Shown here piece after piece: positions 9,659-20,036 of a stretch of DNA of 64,000 nt. Each line of letters opens with the position of its first letter. Position 1 is the stretch's first letter. This DNA is from Candidatus Altimarinota bacterium (GTDB lineage: Bacteria; Patescibacteriota; Gracilibacteria; UBA1369; GCA-2718715): NCBI GenBank assembly GCA_041242255.1, contig JBESAV010000001.1, forward strand, positions 672,001 to 736,000, given 5' to 3'. Under the pieces are notes generated by a model. It did not search any database and was not told the origin of the DNA. It worked only from the letters and a program-made list of their open reading frames with translations. The position numbers were made by a program, and so were the translations under genes.

Positions 9659-11713
9659 TTATAGACTTCTTTCTCTCATCTCAATTTCATAACACTCTAA
9701 TTTATCACCAGGTTCAAGCATTATCTGACCAGTATATTGAATACCACAATCATTCCCAGCATTAATTTCATCCATATCTTTATCAACTCTTTTCAAACTT
9801 TGTATAGTACCCTCACCAACCATCTCATCATTTCTAAACACTCTGAGGGTTGCACCTTTTACAAATTTACCAGTTTTAATTTTTACACCAGCAATCTGCA
9901 TTTTCTTCTTACTAAAGAAAATCTCCATAACATCACCCGTACCATGTTCGATAACAACCTCCTCAGGTTCAAGTAAACCACTCAGAATTCTGGTTATATC
10001 CTCCATCATTTTATAAATAATTTTGTATAGTTTGATATCTACACCTCTTTGTTCAGCAGATCTTTCAATACCTGCCATAATACCTACATGGAAACCAAGT
10101 AAAAGTGCGTTCGATGCAGAAGCCATCATAACGTCAGATTCAGTTATATCACCCACTCCGGAGTGAATAACTTTAACCATAACTTCTTCGTGCTGAATGC
10201 CCTCTAAAGATTTTTTAATCGCTTCGAACGACCCCTTAGTATCAGTTTTAAGTACAACCTTAAGCACTTTCAGTTCACCAGCTTGAATCTGCCTAACTAT
10301 ATCTCCAACAATATTCTTTGCATTTAAGTCATCATTTCTTCTCACAGTCTCAACCTGCACAGCTTGCTCACGAGCATACTTTTCAGACTCCATTACCTGA
10401 GCAATATCCCCAGCTTGTGGAGTCTTAGATAAACCTGCAATAACTACAGGTGTAGCAGGTCCAGCTTCTTCTTGTCTATCACCTTTATCATTCCACATAG
10501 CCTTAACTTTACCATATGCATCCCCAGCTATTATAGGATCACCAATTTTCAACGTACCAGTATTCACAACAACAGTCGCAACCGCTCCAAGTCCTGGCTC
10601 CATATGTGTTTCTACTACAGTCGCAACCGCTTTTCTATTTGGGTTGGCCTTTAGCTCCTGCACTTCAGATACCAACAAAATCATGTCTAAAAGCTTATCA
10701 ATCCCATCACCTTTCAAAGCAGAGATTGGCACCATTATAGTCTCACCACCCCAGTCTTCTGACTGAAGTCCATACTCAACTAGTTCTGATTTAACTTTCT
10801 CTGGGTTAGTCTCAGGTAAGTCCATCTTATTAATAGCCACAATAATCGGCACATCTGCTTCTTTAGCATGATTGATTGCTTCGATTGTTGTTGGTTTAAC
10901 ACCCTCAGTAGCAGAAACTACTAATATAGCTATATCAGTAACTTTAGCTCCTCTCGATCTCATTTCAGTAAATGCTTCATGTCCTGGTGTATCCAAAAAG
11001 GTAATCTTCTTACCTTTCCTAGTAACTTGGTATGCAGCAATATGTTGAGTTATTCCTCCGGATTCACCAGATACGACATCAGTATTTCTAATTGTATCTA
11101 ACAGCTTTGTCTTACCATGATCTACATGCCCCATGATTGTAATAATAGCTGGTCTTTCTTCTAAATCATCAGAGTCATCCTCACCAATAATTGCATCTAT
11201 ATCCTTGCTTAGGAAGTCATCTGCAGAACCTTCAGCATTCTTCTTCTTAACTTGGACTCCAAAATCACCCATCATCAAAGAAACAGTATCATAATCTAAA
11301 ACTTGGTTTATATTCGCCAGAATACCATTTTTCATTAATTCACCAATAATTTTTGCAGCACTAACTCCAGTTTTCTCAGCCAATTCCTTTACAGAGATAG
11401 TATCTCCAATTTCTAAAACATCAGTTTTTAGGTTGCTATTGGAGCTAGAAGATTTTTTACCTGAATCACGACCTGCAGTTTTCTTTCTTTGTTTTTTAAT
11501 AATATCTCTCTCCAAATTCTCATTCATTTGCTCAGCAAGCTTTTCAACAGAAGTCTTTGTCGTTCCAAGCTCATCTTCTAAAAGTTCAGCAATATCACTT
11601 TCAACTGTCAAGTTCTCCGAATCGTACTCAAAATCCCACTCACGGAGCTTCTTTTGTAATTCTTCTACACTACTATTCAGTTTGGTTGCTAAATCCTTTA
11701 AGTTAACAGTCAT
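9659..11713 (-). CDS. infB: Translation initiation factor IF-2
   Basis: [28 protein letters not shown]. Confidence 0.98.
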   Translation of the reverse strand: MTVNLKDLATKLNSSVEELQKKLREWDFEYDSENLTVESDIAELLEDELGTTKTSVEKLAEQMNENLERDIIKKQRKKTAGRDSGKKSSSSNSNLKTDVLEIGDTISVKELAEKTGVSAAKIIGELMKNGILANINQVLDYDTVSLMMGDFGVQVKKKNAEGSADDFLSKDIDAIIGEDDSDDLEERPAIITIMGHVDHGKTKLLDTIRNTDVVSGESGGITQHIAAYQVTRKGKKITFLDTPGHEAFTEMRSRGAKVTDIAILVVSATEGVKPTTIEAINHAKEADVPIIVAINKMDLPETNPEKVKSELVEYGLQSEDWGGETIMVPISALKGDGIDKLLDMILLVSEVQELKANPNRKAVATVVETHMEPGLGAVATVVVNTGTLKIGDPIIAGDAYGKVKAMWNDKGDRQEEAGPATPVVIAGLSKTPQAGDIAQVMESEKYAREQAVQVETVRRNDDLNAKNIVGDIVRQIQAGELKVLKVVLKTDTKGSFEAIKKSLEGIQHEEVMVKVIHSGVGDITESDVMMASASNALLLGFHVGIMAGIERSAEQRGVDIKLYKIIYKMMEDITRILSGLLEPEEVVIEHGTGDVMEIFFSKKKMQIAGVKIKTGKFVKGATLRVFRNDEMVGEGTIQSLKRVDKDMDEINAGNDCGIQYTGQIMLEPGDKLECYEIEMRERSL

Positions 11714-11767
11714 ATTCTATATTAAATCACCGAAATATTACGAGAATAAGCCCAATAAGTAAAGGAG

Positions 11768-12742
11768 TTATTCCACTTCAACGAACTCTCCAACTCTATC
11801 TTCTATCTTAGCTAATGAACCATCAATTGAATGTAATTTTTTACTAGATGAAGAAATATGAGACCCAAGAGTTGACATATCTGACCTTAGATTCTTCATA
11901 TCTTTATGCAGTGTAGATACAAATTTTAAAATCTCTTTAGCACTTTGCTCGACTTCCAAACCTTTCAGTCCCATCAATATAGTCTGTAAATAAGCAAAAA
12001 GATTAGTAGGGGAGCAGATAACTACTCTGTTAGACAGTGCATACTTAAGCAATTCAGCATCCATATGCTTTGTTATTTCAAAATAAATTGATTCAGCTGG
12101 AACATACATAATCGCAAAATCCATAGTCCCATCATCTGGAGAAATATACTTTTGAGATATATCAGAAATATGTTTTTTTACATCTCTTACAAATGCTCTT
12201 GTATGGCTTTTAGCAGTATCTTCATCAATACCCACCTCCATAATTTTCTTATAATTCTCTAAAGGAAACTTAGAATCAATAGGTACAAATAAATCTTTTT
12301 TCACATTAATAGCTGCATCAACTATTTGTCCATTTCTTAACCTTTTTTGTGACTCTATTAGGTTTTCTGGAAAATGTTCTTTCAGAATCTCTATCAACAA
12401 ATGCTCTCCCAAATTCCCACGAATCTTTGGGGAAGCCAGCAAACTGTGAAGCCCTGCAATGTCTCTTCCTATAACCTGCATATTTTTTGTGGCTTCTCCA
12501 AGTGCAGAGACTTTCTCGGTTAGTTCCGAGAAAGATTTATTAGTTCTATGGAGATTTTCATCTAAACGGTTATTTTTCATTTCATCCAAGTTCTGTTGAT
12601 GTTTGAAATTACTATCTATTGATTGATTAAGTTTGTATAAATCATTTTTTAAATCACTAAAATCACCTTCCTTCAGCTTAGTGTAAAGCATAAATATAAC
12701 CCCAATCTGAAGCAAGACAACTACACCTAGTAACCAATCCAT
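11768..12742 (-). CDS. rmuC: DNA recombination protein RmuC
   Basis: N-terminal TM plus coiled coil, RGNLGE, IDSKFP, KYI, DFAIMYVPAE, SPT. Confidence 0.92.
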   Translation of the reverse strand: MDWLLGVVVLLQIGVIFMLYTKLKEGDFSDLKNDLYKLNQSIDSNFKHQQNLDEMKNNRLDENLHRTNKSFSELTEKVSALGEATKNMQVIGRDIAGLHSLLASPKIRGNLGEHLLIEILKEHFPENLIESQKRLRNGQIVDAAINVKKDLFVPIDSKFPLENYKKIMEVGIDEDTAKSHTRAFVRDVKKHISDISQKYISPDDGTMDFAIMYVPAESIYFEITKHMDAELLKYALSNRVVICSPTNLFAYLQTILMGLKGLEVEQSAKEILKFVSTLHKDMKNLRSDMSTLGSHISSSSKKLHSIDGSLAKIEDRVGEFVEVE

Positions 12743-12751
12743 ATGAATATT

Positions 12752-12787
12752 TAAAAAGAGTGTAACTATTTTACGTTACACTCTTTT
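12752..12787 (-). terminator. Intrinsic terminator after rpsA
   Basis: Perfect 13-bp inverted repeat AAAAGAGTGTAAC-N8-GTTACACTCTTTT ending in a U tract. Confidence 0.8.
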
Positions 12788-12810
12788 ATACTCAAATGTT
12801 TTTGATATTT

Positions 12811-14100
12811 TTAGCTATCTTGTTTTTCTTTGTAGGCCATAATTTTCTTAACATTTGTTGGTGCAAGACCTTTAATACCTTTAAGAGTATTTTCATCAAG
12901 AGCTAAAATCTCAGGAAGAGAAGTTAGTCCAGCTTCAGATAATGCATCCAATGCTTTATTACTTAAGTCCAATACAGCAAGACCATCAGTAGAATTTTTA
13001 TCTAAATCTTCTGGCTTAACACCTAGAATAGAAAGACCAATTCTATGATTAGCTGCATCGATATTAACAATAGTAGCTTCTACAACCTCATCTTTTTCAA
13101 TCTTGATTTCAGGTTTTTCATCAGCAAGTCTTTCAATTTCATTTACATGAATCAATCCATTAATATCTTTGCTAATCTCAACAAAAGCACCGTAGTCAGT
13201 TAATCTAGTAATCTTACCTTTGATTTTTTGACCTTCTTTGTAGTCTTTTGTTATTTCTTCCCACGGATCTTCACTCATTTGTTTCAAAGATAGAGAAATC
13301 TTCTCACCTTCAATCCCTATAATTTTAACTTCAATTTCATCACCGAGTTTTCCGTAATTTCCTGGATTATCAACGTGTCCCCAAGCAATTTCAGAAATAT
13401 GAACTAGACCTTCTAAACCATTGAATGTTACGAAGATACCAAAGTTCACTACACCACTGATTGTACCTTTTACAACATCTCCGATGTTTAGTTTCTTCAG
13501 TGATTGTTTTCTGTTGTCTGCAAATGCAGCTTTCTCAGAAAGAATAAGTTTCTTAGTAGCATGATCAATATTGATAACTCTAACACTAATAGTCTTACCA
13601 ATTAATTTCTTAAGTCTAGCTAAGATTTTAGCACTGTCAGCTCCATTTACACGAGGGTAATTAAGAGGTGCAAGTTGCGATACTGGGATAAACCCTTTAA
13701 TACCATCAACCTCAACAAGTAGACCACCTTTATTCGCATCATTAACTTTAACGTCAATAACTTCTTTATTATCGTGGATCTCCACAAATCTATTCCATGT
13801 TCTTTTTTGAGAAGCTTTTCTCAGAGAAAGAACCACAAGACCTTCTTCATTTTCAGGTTCAAGTACAAAAGCGCTAACTTCGTCACCTTCAGCAAGGTCG
13901 TTAATTGTACCAGCACTATCAACAGCTTCTTTACCAGCTATAATACCTACTGATATTCCACCTAGATCTACAAGTACATCTTTTTTATTAATAGTAATCA
14001 CTGAACCTTCAACAATAGTTCCAGGTTCTGGAAGTACTATTTCTGGAGCTTTATCACTTTTCAGTAACTCCTCCATTGTAACTAATTTTTTATCTGCCAT
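12811..14100 (-). CDS. rpsA: 30S ribosomal protein S1 (4 S1 domains) with an extra C-terminal HhH/alphaCTD-like domain
   Basis: GFIPVSQL, GLVHISEIAW, GLIHVNEI S1 repeats. Confidence 0.95.
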   Translation of the reverse strand: MADKKLVTMEELLKSDKAPEIVLPEPGTIVEGSVITINKKDVLVDLGGISVGIIAGKEAVDSAGTINDLAEGDEVSAFVLEPENEEGLVVLSLRKASQKRTWNRFVEIHDNKEVIDVKVNDANKGGLLVEVDGIKGFIPVSQLAPLNYPRVNGADSAKILARLKKLIGKTISVRVINIDHATKKLILSEKAAFADNRKQSLKKLNIGDVVKGTISGVVNFGIFVTFNGLEGLVHISEIAWGHVDNPGNYGKLGDEIEVKIIGIEGEKISLSLKQMSEDPWEEITKDYKEGQKIKGKITRLTDYGAFVEISKDINGLIHVNEIERLADEKPEIKIEKDEVVEATIVNIDAANHRIGLSILGVKPEDLDKNSTDGLAVLDLSNKALDALSEAGLTSLPEILALDENTLKGIKGLAPTNVKKIMAYKEKQDS

Positions 14101-14130
14101 ATCTATATTTCTTTAAACCACTAAATTAAT

Positions 14131-14175
14131 ACCGCTCGTGATCCTCGGGTTTAAATTAAAGAATCCACAAGCGGC
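14131..14175 (-). promoter_or_regulatory. GC-rich hairpin in the rpsA 5' leader
   Basis: GCCGCUUGUG(G)AUUCUU pairs with GAGGAUCACGAGCGGU (16 bp including G-U pairs, one bulge). Confidence 0.55.
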
Positions 14176-14178
14176 TAA

Positions 14179-14206
14179 ATTCTACAAGAAATACCAATAT
14201 TAGCAA
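14179..14206 (-). promoter_or_regulatory. Promoter of rpsA
   Basis: TTGCTA-N16-TAGAAT on the minus strand. Confidence 0.45.
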
Positions 14207-14208
14207 GT

Positions 14209-16788
14209 TTATTTCTCCACCTTAAAGCTTAATCCATTACCCTGCTTGCCAACTTTTACAGTTTCACCTTTTTTAAGTTCGCCATCTATTATCATATTGG
14301 CTACTTGGTCTTCAACTAGCTCCTGTATTTTTCTTCTAGCAGGTCTTGCACCATACTCTCGCTCATATCCAACTGTCGCTAGGTAATCAACTGCTGCATC
14401 TGTCACATGAATATTTATTTCCTGCTTCTGAAGTCTTTTCTCTACACTTTTCAGAAGTAGTGACACAATCTCCTTAACATTAGCGTGTGTTAGAGCATCA
14501 AAAACAATAATCTTATCAATCCTATTCAAAAACTCAGGCTTAAAATGCTTCTTAACATCTCCCATTATCTCTTTCTTGGTAGTTTCAAACTCAGCTTTTA
14601 ACTTTTCTTCCTTACTTTGAGCTAGGTTAAATCCAATGGCCGCAGACTTATTAGTAAGACGCTTAGCTCCTATGTTTGAGGTCATTACAATAATAGTATT
14701 CTTGAAATCAATCTTTCGACCTTTACCATCTGTCAAAACCCCATCTTCTAGGATTTGTAGTAATAAATTAAAGAAGTCCGGATGAGCCTTCTCTACCTCA
14801 TCAAACAAAATCACAGAATAAGGTTTCCTTTTTACCGCTTCAGTAAGTTGACCTCCATCTTCATAACCGACGTACCCAGCTGTCGTTCCAGTTAGTCTAG
14901 ATGAAGAATGTTTCTCCATGAACTCACTCATATCTATCTTAATCAAAGCTTTCTCGTCATCAAATACTTCCTTAGCAATCGTTTTAACTAGCTCAGTTTT
15001 ACCAACCCCAGTTGGACCTAAGAATAAAAACGAACCATTTGGCCTATTTTGATCTGCAATACCAGCTCTTGCTCTTCGTATAGCCTTAGCAACTTCAGAT
15101 ACTGCTTCCTCCTGACCAATAATTGATTTGTGTAAAATTGATTCAAGGTTCTTTAGCTTCTTCATATCTGATGCAATCAACTTCTGTACAGGTATACCTG
15201 TCATTTTATTTACTATTGCTGCGATATTTTCTGTTGAAATCCTAGGTCTTTTATTTCTTGGGATTTTTGACGCTTTCAGTTCTTGAATTTCTTGAACAAC
15301 TTCCAATTCGCTATCTCGAAGTTCAGCTGCTTTTTCATAGTCTTGCTTAGACACAGCTTGTTCTTTTCTCTTAATAATTTTAGCTAATTTTTCTTGTAAT
15401 TTTGTTAACTCATTCTTATCTTCAACGGATGTAACTCTTTTTAATGCACAAGCCTCATCTATAAGGTCAATAGCCTTATCCGGTAGAAATTTATTAGTAA
15501 TATATCTTGAAGAAAGCTCAACAGCTTGTTCCACCGCATCATCTGTAATCATTAGATTATGATGGTCTTCAAGTCCATCTCTTAGCCCCATAATTATTTG
15601 AACTGAGTCCTCCAACGATGGCTCAGCCACTTTTATCTGCTGGAACCTTCTATCTAAAGCAGCATCATTCTCAATAGATTTTCGGTATTCATCAGTTGTA
15701 GTAGCACCTATGACCTGAAGTTTAGCCCTACTTAAAGCTGGCTTAAGTATGTTTGCTGCATCTAAACTACCTTCTGCTGAACCAGCACCAATCAAAGTAT
15801 GTATTTCATCAATGAACAAAATAATATTAGGAACTGACATTGCCTCTTCTACGATCAATTTTATTCTTTCTTCAAATTCACCTCTATATTTTGTTCCAGC
15901 TACAACTGAACCCATTGAAAGCGACAATATTTTCTTATCTCTAATACTATCAGGAGCTTCACCACCCGCAATCATCCTAGCTAAACCTTCTACAATTGCA
16001 GTTTTACCAACTCCAGGTTCTCCGATCAAGACTGGGTTATTTTTATTTTTTCTATTCAAAATAGAAATCATTCTTTGTATCTCTTCACCACGACCTATAA
16101 CAGGATCTAGTTTTCCATCCTTAGCCTCTTCGGTTATATCAGTTGTGAAATAATCTAAAGTAGGAGTTTTTGATTTTCCTTTTTTAGCATTTTTCTTGTA
16201 GGCGGGTTGATTCATTTGATTTTGATTCATAGGAACCATTCCTTGCAAACCAGAGAAAATCAATTCAATTGGATTCTGAGGTATTTGTTGGTTCCCAGCA
16301 GATGATTCATTTCCAGATTGAACCTGTTTAGTTTTAGCAAAAATATCTTCAATTTGCTCCTTAATGTGAGCAGGGTTGATTTTCATATTCTCAAGTATAA
16401 CTGTTGCAGCTGTATTATCTTGTGAGACTAGCGAGTACAGTAAGTGCTCTGTACCAACGAAACTGTGGTTAAATTTATGAGCAATGGCAATTGCACCCTC
16501 TATGACTTGTTTAGCAAATCCGGACAAGCCACCTGGCTTAGTTTTTGTTTTGCTTGATTTTGGTGCAGCGGTTCTACCAACAGTTTTTAAAACCAATTCT
16601 ACAGTGTCAGATGCAACTCCAAAGTTATTTAGTATAGTAGCACCAAGGGATTGTTCTTGTTTTAATATACCTATCAGAATATGTTCTGTTCCTACGTATG
16701 ACAGGCTAGCTTCTTGTGCTTTCTCTTGAGCAATAACCAGTGCATTCTTTGCTTCTTTTGTAAATTTTTCGAAAAAATTATCTTCCAT
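14209..16788 (-). CDS. clpC: ATP-dependent Clp protease ATP-binding subunit ClpC
   Basis: Two Clp-N repeats (GTEH), GEPGVGKT, UVR coiled coil (QDYEKAAELRD), GPTGVGKT, ClpP-docking IGF loop. Confidence 0.96.
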   Translation of the reverse strand: MEDNFFEKFTKEAKNALVIAQEKAQEASLSYVGTEHILIGILKQEQSLGATILNNFGVASDTVELVLKTVGRTAAPKSSKTKTKPGGLSGFAKQVIEGAIAIAHKFNHSFVGTEHLLYSLVSQDNTAATVILENMKINPAHIKEQIEDIFAKTKQVQSGNESSAGNQQIPQNPIELIFSGLQGMVPMNQNQMNQPAYKKNAKKGKSKTPTLDYFTTDITEEAKDGKLDPVIGRGEEIQRMISILNRKNKNNPVLIGEPGVGKTAIVEGLARMIAGGEAPDSIRDKKILSLSMGSVVAGTKYRGEFEERIKLIVEEAMSVPNIILFIDEIHTLIGAGSAEGSLDAANILKPALSRAKLQVIGATTTDEYRKSIENDAALDRRFQQIKVAEPSLEDSVQIIMGLRDGLEDHHNLMITDDAVEQAVELSSRYITNKFLPDKAIDLIDEACALKRVTSVEDKNELTKLQEKLAKIIKRKEQAVSKQDYEKAAELRDSELEVVQEIQELKASKIPRNKRPRISTENIAAIVNKMTGIPVQKLIASDMKKLKNLESILHKSIIGQEEAVSEVAKAIRRARAGIADQNRPNGSFLFLGPTGVGKTELVKTIAKEVFDDEKALIKIDMSEFMEKHSSSRLTGTTAGYVGYEDGGQLTEAVKRKPYSVILFDEVEKAHPDFFNLLLQILEDGVLTDGKGRKIDFKNTIIVMTSNIGAKRLTNKSAAIGFNLAQSKEEKLKAEFETTKKEIMGDVKKHFKPEFLNRIDKIIVFDALTHANVKEIVSLLLKSVEKRLQKQEINIHVTDAAVDYLATVGYEREYGARPARRKIQELVEDQVANMIIDGELKKGETVKVGKQGNGLSFKVEK

Positions 16789-16877
16789 GTTTTTGAATTT
16801 ATATGATTCAATTTTATCACTTAATTTGAGTATTTACCCTAAAACAGATTTTACAAGCTTAGTAAATATATAACAAA

Positions 16878-16904
16878 TTAGCACTCTTTATTTTAGAGTG
16901 CTAA
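16878..16904. promoter_or_regulatory. CIRCE element (HrcA operator)
   Basis: Perfect TTAGCACTC-N9-GAGTGCTAA, 90 nt upstream of clpC. Confidence 0.95.
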
Positions 16905-16918
16905 TTAAGTGTTGTCAA
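16890..16918 (-). promoter_or_regulatory. clpC promoter overlapping CIRCE
   Basis: TTGACA-N17-TAAAAT; the -10 hexamer lies inside the CIRCE spacer. Confidence 0.8.
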
Positions 16919-16925
16919 AATGTTT

Positions 16926-18425
16926 TTATAGATCTATCTCAACCATCGTTTGAGCCATAATATTAAGCTCTTCAGAATAGTCATTTCCACCAGAGATCTT
17001 AACTAAGTCACCATCATTAACCTCGACATAATAAATAATTTCATCACCAGAGGTGCTTCTTTTTATATTACTCGAAACACTTGTTCCACTCACACTATCA
17101 AAATCATCATCGACTGCCTCAATTGTGACTAAAGTCTCTCCTTCAGGAAGAGGATCTTTAGCAAATCTGTAGATATTACTTCCACCTGCATAATACCATT
17201 GTCTTGGATAATGAAATCCTAGAGACATAGGTCGGCTTTCAAAATATCTATAACCTTCTTTTACATCAACTTGTCTATATCCATCTGATTCAACAAATAC
17301 CATCTTCATTGGCCTGTCATAAGCTAAGTTATCACCAGATACCAACTCCCAATCAGTACTAGTTCCTTCTTCAAAATAAGCTACTTCCTCCAAGCTACTT
17401 CCATTGATTTTGAAAAGCTTTCGGAATTCTGCCTCATCGCTATCAGTGTAGGACACATACACATAGTTATTATCTGTAATAGAATAATTAAAAATCTCTA
17501 CGTCACTCCCTAGTAGAGCTGACTTATTAGAGTTAACAGCATTAACAATATTCGTCACTTCTCCAGATAGACCACTCAAGTCTACAGGTTCAGATACCGT
17601 TATCTCATCATCGGTAGTTCCATCTTCATTAGAATCATTTGTAGTATCCTCGGCTGGTTCTGATTCATCTATATCAGATAACTCATTAGTAACTTCCTCA
17701 GTTATATCTTCCGGATTGAAGTAAATATTATCAATAATATTATTGATCTCTAAGTTCATCTCAGCGTTATTACTTCCGTCTGAGTTGAAGATAATTTCAT
17801 AAATAACACCTGGAGTATTGTGTATATAAACTGACCTACCTGCAGCAAGATTAAGACGTGAATATCTATCACCATTAGCAGACTGTACGTCTTGAGGGAT
17901 TTGATCTCCATAATTTTCGTCTAAATATATTTCAAGATCTAGCTCTAGTCCTTTCTGTATGCTTCTAACAGAAAAACTATGAGTTTCAGCCACAAAATTC
18001 ACTAAAGAACTTGATTCAGATATTTCATATTTATCCTCAGGTATTTCAATTTCAAAACCTTTATCTTCAAACTCAAATAAAAATGGTTCGGAACTCAAGC
18101 TTCCTTCCTCAAGCACATCTCTACTTTCAACAAGCAAGATAGTTTCACCACCATCGGTAACTTCTGCTACACCGGTTACTCTTAGTTTACCACCTTCATA
18201 TTCACTCAAGTCAAACAAGTCACTCCTTAAGTAAACAGTTTCTCCAGTGTCTGCCTCTAGAATATGTGTAGCATTTAAAGAGGATTCATTAACACCAACA
18301 GTACCTACAAATGACTGCATGTTGTATGAACTGTCTATCTCGGTTTCAACTTCATCACCACCAAAACATCCCGTTAACAATAGGGAAGTACAACTAATAG
18401 CTAATATTGCTATAAATTTTTTCAT
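16926..18425 (-). CDS. Acidic putative lipoprotein, function unknown
   Basis: MKKFIAILAISCTSLLLTGC lipobox; D/E-rich linker. Confidence 0.75.
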   Translation of the reverse strand: MKKFIAILAISCTSLLLTGCFGGDEVETEIDSSYNMQSFVGTVGVNESSLNATHILEADTGETVYLRSDLFDLSEYEGGKLRVTGVAEVTDGGETILLVESRDVLEEGSLSSEPFLFEFEDKGFEIEIPEDKYEISESSSLVNFVAETHSFSVRSIQKGLELDLEIYLDENYGDQIPQDVQSANGDRYSRLNLAAGRSVYIHNTPGVIYEIIFNSDGSNNAEMNLEINNIIDNIYFNPEDITEEVTNELSDIDESEPAEDTTNDSNEDGTTDDEITVSEPVDLSGLSGEVTNIVNAVNSNKSALLGSDVEIFNYSITDNNYVYVSYTDSDEAEFRKLFKINGSSLEEVAYFEEGTSTDWELVSGDNLAYDRPMKMVFVESDGYRQVDVKEGYRYFESRPMSLGFHYPRQWYYAGGSNIYRFAKDPLPEGETLVTIEAVDDDFDSVSGTSVSSNIKRSTSGDEIIYYVEVNDGDLVKISGGNDYSEELNIMAQTMVEIDL

Positions 18426-18439
18426 ATATTTTGTTTAAA

Positions 18440-19456
18440 TTACTCTAAACTGCCCGCAAATTTTAAACCTTTTGGCGTCAAAAGTCTACCTCTATGAGTT
18501 CTTTGGATTAATCCTAGTCTTATAAGGTAAGGTTCGTGTAAGTTCTCTACAGTCTCGACAGATTCATGAACAGCAGCTGCAATACTTTTCAAACCTATTG
18601 CACCTCTTTCTGCATTTTCACTTAATAAATTTAGAATTCTTAAATCAGTCTGATCCATACCAATAGGGGATATAGACAATTTCTCTAGTACCTCAAGAAC
18701 AAGCTTAGCATCCACATTATCTACTCCTTTTACAAGAGCATAATCTCTAACTCTTTTTAAAATATTATTCGATATCCTCGGAGTACCTCTTGATGCATCA
18801 GCTATAGCCTTTACTCCACTTTTATTAACTTTAAGCCCTAGCTTCTCTGAATTATTAGCGATAATTTCGCATAAGTTTTCATTCTTATATAAATTTAGTT
18901 TCAAAACTGCCCCAAACCTGTCCCTCAATGGAGATGAAAGTTTATCAAGCAGTGTAGTAGCCCCAACTAAAGTAAATTTTGGTATATCTAAGCGCATACT
19001 TTTAGCACTAGGACCTTTACCCATAACTAAATCAATCACAAAATCTTCCATCGCGGTATAAAGTATTTCTTCTACATTTGGTCTTAATCTATGTATCTCA
19101 TCAATAAATAAAACGTCCTTCTCAGTCATATTCGATAATATAGCAGCTACGTCACCTGGTTTTGTTAAGGCTTGCCCAGAAGTAGTATGTAGGTTAACCC
19201 CGAGTTCTGTGGAAATTATTCTAGAAATAGAAGTCTTTCCAAGGCCTGGAAAACCATAAAACAACAAGTGATCACAATGAGCATCACGATGTTTAGCAGA
19301 ATCTACCATTATTTTAACTTGCTCTAAAACCTTGTTTTGCCCAATAAAGTCATCAAAACCAATGGGCCGTAAATCACTACTATCTTTATCAGATTCATTT
19401 AAGTCTACAAAAGGCTTATTCTTGGTTTCCTGTGTCTGTATTGATTCTTCTATCAT
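18440..19456 (-). CDS. ruvB: Holliday junction branch migration helicase RuvB
   Basis: LRP..FDDFIGQ, GFPGLGKT, FIDEIHRL, VGATT, RGTPR, RTHRGR; start trimmed to ATG 19456. Confidence 0.96.
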   Translation of the reverse strand: MIEESIQTQETKNKPFVDLNESDKDSSDLRPIGFDDFIGQNKVLEQVKIMVDSAKHRDAHCDHLLFYGFPGLGKTSISRIISTELGVNLHTTSGQALTKPGDVAAILSNMTEKDVLFIDEIHRLRPNVEEILYTAMEDFVIDLVMGKGPSAKSMRLDIPKFTLVGATTLLDKLSSPLRDRFGAVLKLNLYKNENLCEIIANNSEKLGLKVNKSGVKAIADASRGTPRISNNILKRVRDYALVKGVDNVDAKLVLEVLEKLSISPIGMDQTDLRILNLLSENAERGAIGLKSIAAAVHESVETVENLHEPYLIRLGLIQRTHRGRLLTPKGLKFAGSLE

Positions 19457-19943
19457 TGTTACTGTGCTTAATGGCAAGAGTCTGAATGAATTTCTTAATC
19501 TCATTCGGATTAGGTGCTTCAATAAACTCAATTGCAGTTTTATTTGAGGCACTCTTTATCTCCACTGTACCAAAATCTAACAATGGTAGTAAGGACAAAA
19601 AACCATTTTCTCTAGAAACTATGTCTTGAATATCTTTTAATTCTGTTTCTACTTCCACCTTCACAGTGAGGTATTTCCAGTCAATAAAAATGACTCTTTT
19701 GTTGGTAATGACAAGTCTATCTAACCAGTAAACTAAACTTGCGTAGATCAGTAAAAGCGCAAATATAAAAAGTATCAATGAGTAAGCTACAACTGCAGTA
19801 TTGAAAGATATTGAGTCTTTTAGGAGATACAAAATAAAGAAAAAGGGCAAAGTTATAATCAATAGCTCAGACACTGTCACTAAAAAAGGGAACAAGCTGT
19901 GGTAGTAAATCTTTAAGATTATTTCGTCCTTATCTAAGTGCAT
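19416..19943 (-). CDS. Membrane protein with a bacterial PH (bPH_2-like) domain
   Basis: Two TM helices followed by ITNKRVI...IQDI...FGTVEI. Confidence 0.75.
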   Translation of the reverse strand: MHLDKDEIILKIYYHSLFPFLVTVSELLIITLPFFFILYLLKDSISFNTAVVAYSLILFIFALLLIYASLVYWLDRLVITNKRVIFIDWKYLTVKVEVETELKDIQDIVSRENGFLSLLPLLDFGTVEIKSASNKTAIEFIEAPNPNEIKKFIQTLAIKHSNNDRRINTDTGNQE

Positions 19944-20036
19944 CCCAAATGTTAAATGTGCTAAATGTTAAAACAAAAATAAAGTTCTGTCAATAAACCT
20001 GTCAATGTGATATAATAATCTAATGTAAAAAACTAT

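Noticed and set aside
19457-19552. N-terminal extension of RuvB overlapping the bPH gene
   Set aside because: Not RuvB-like; ATG 19456 gives a normal-length protein
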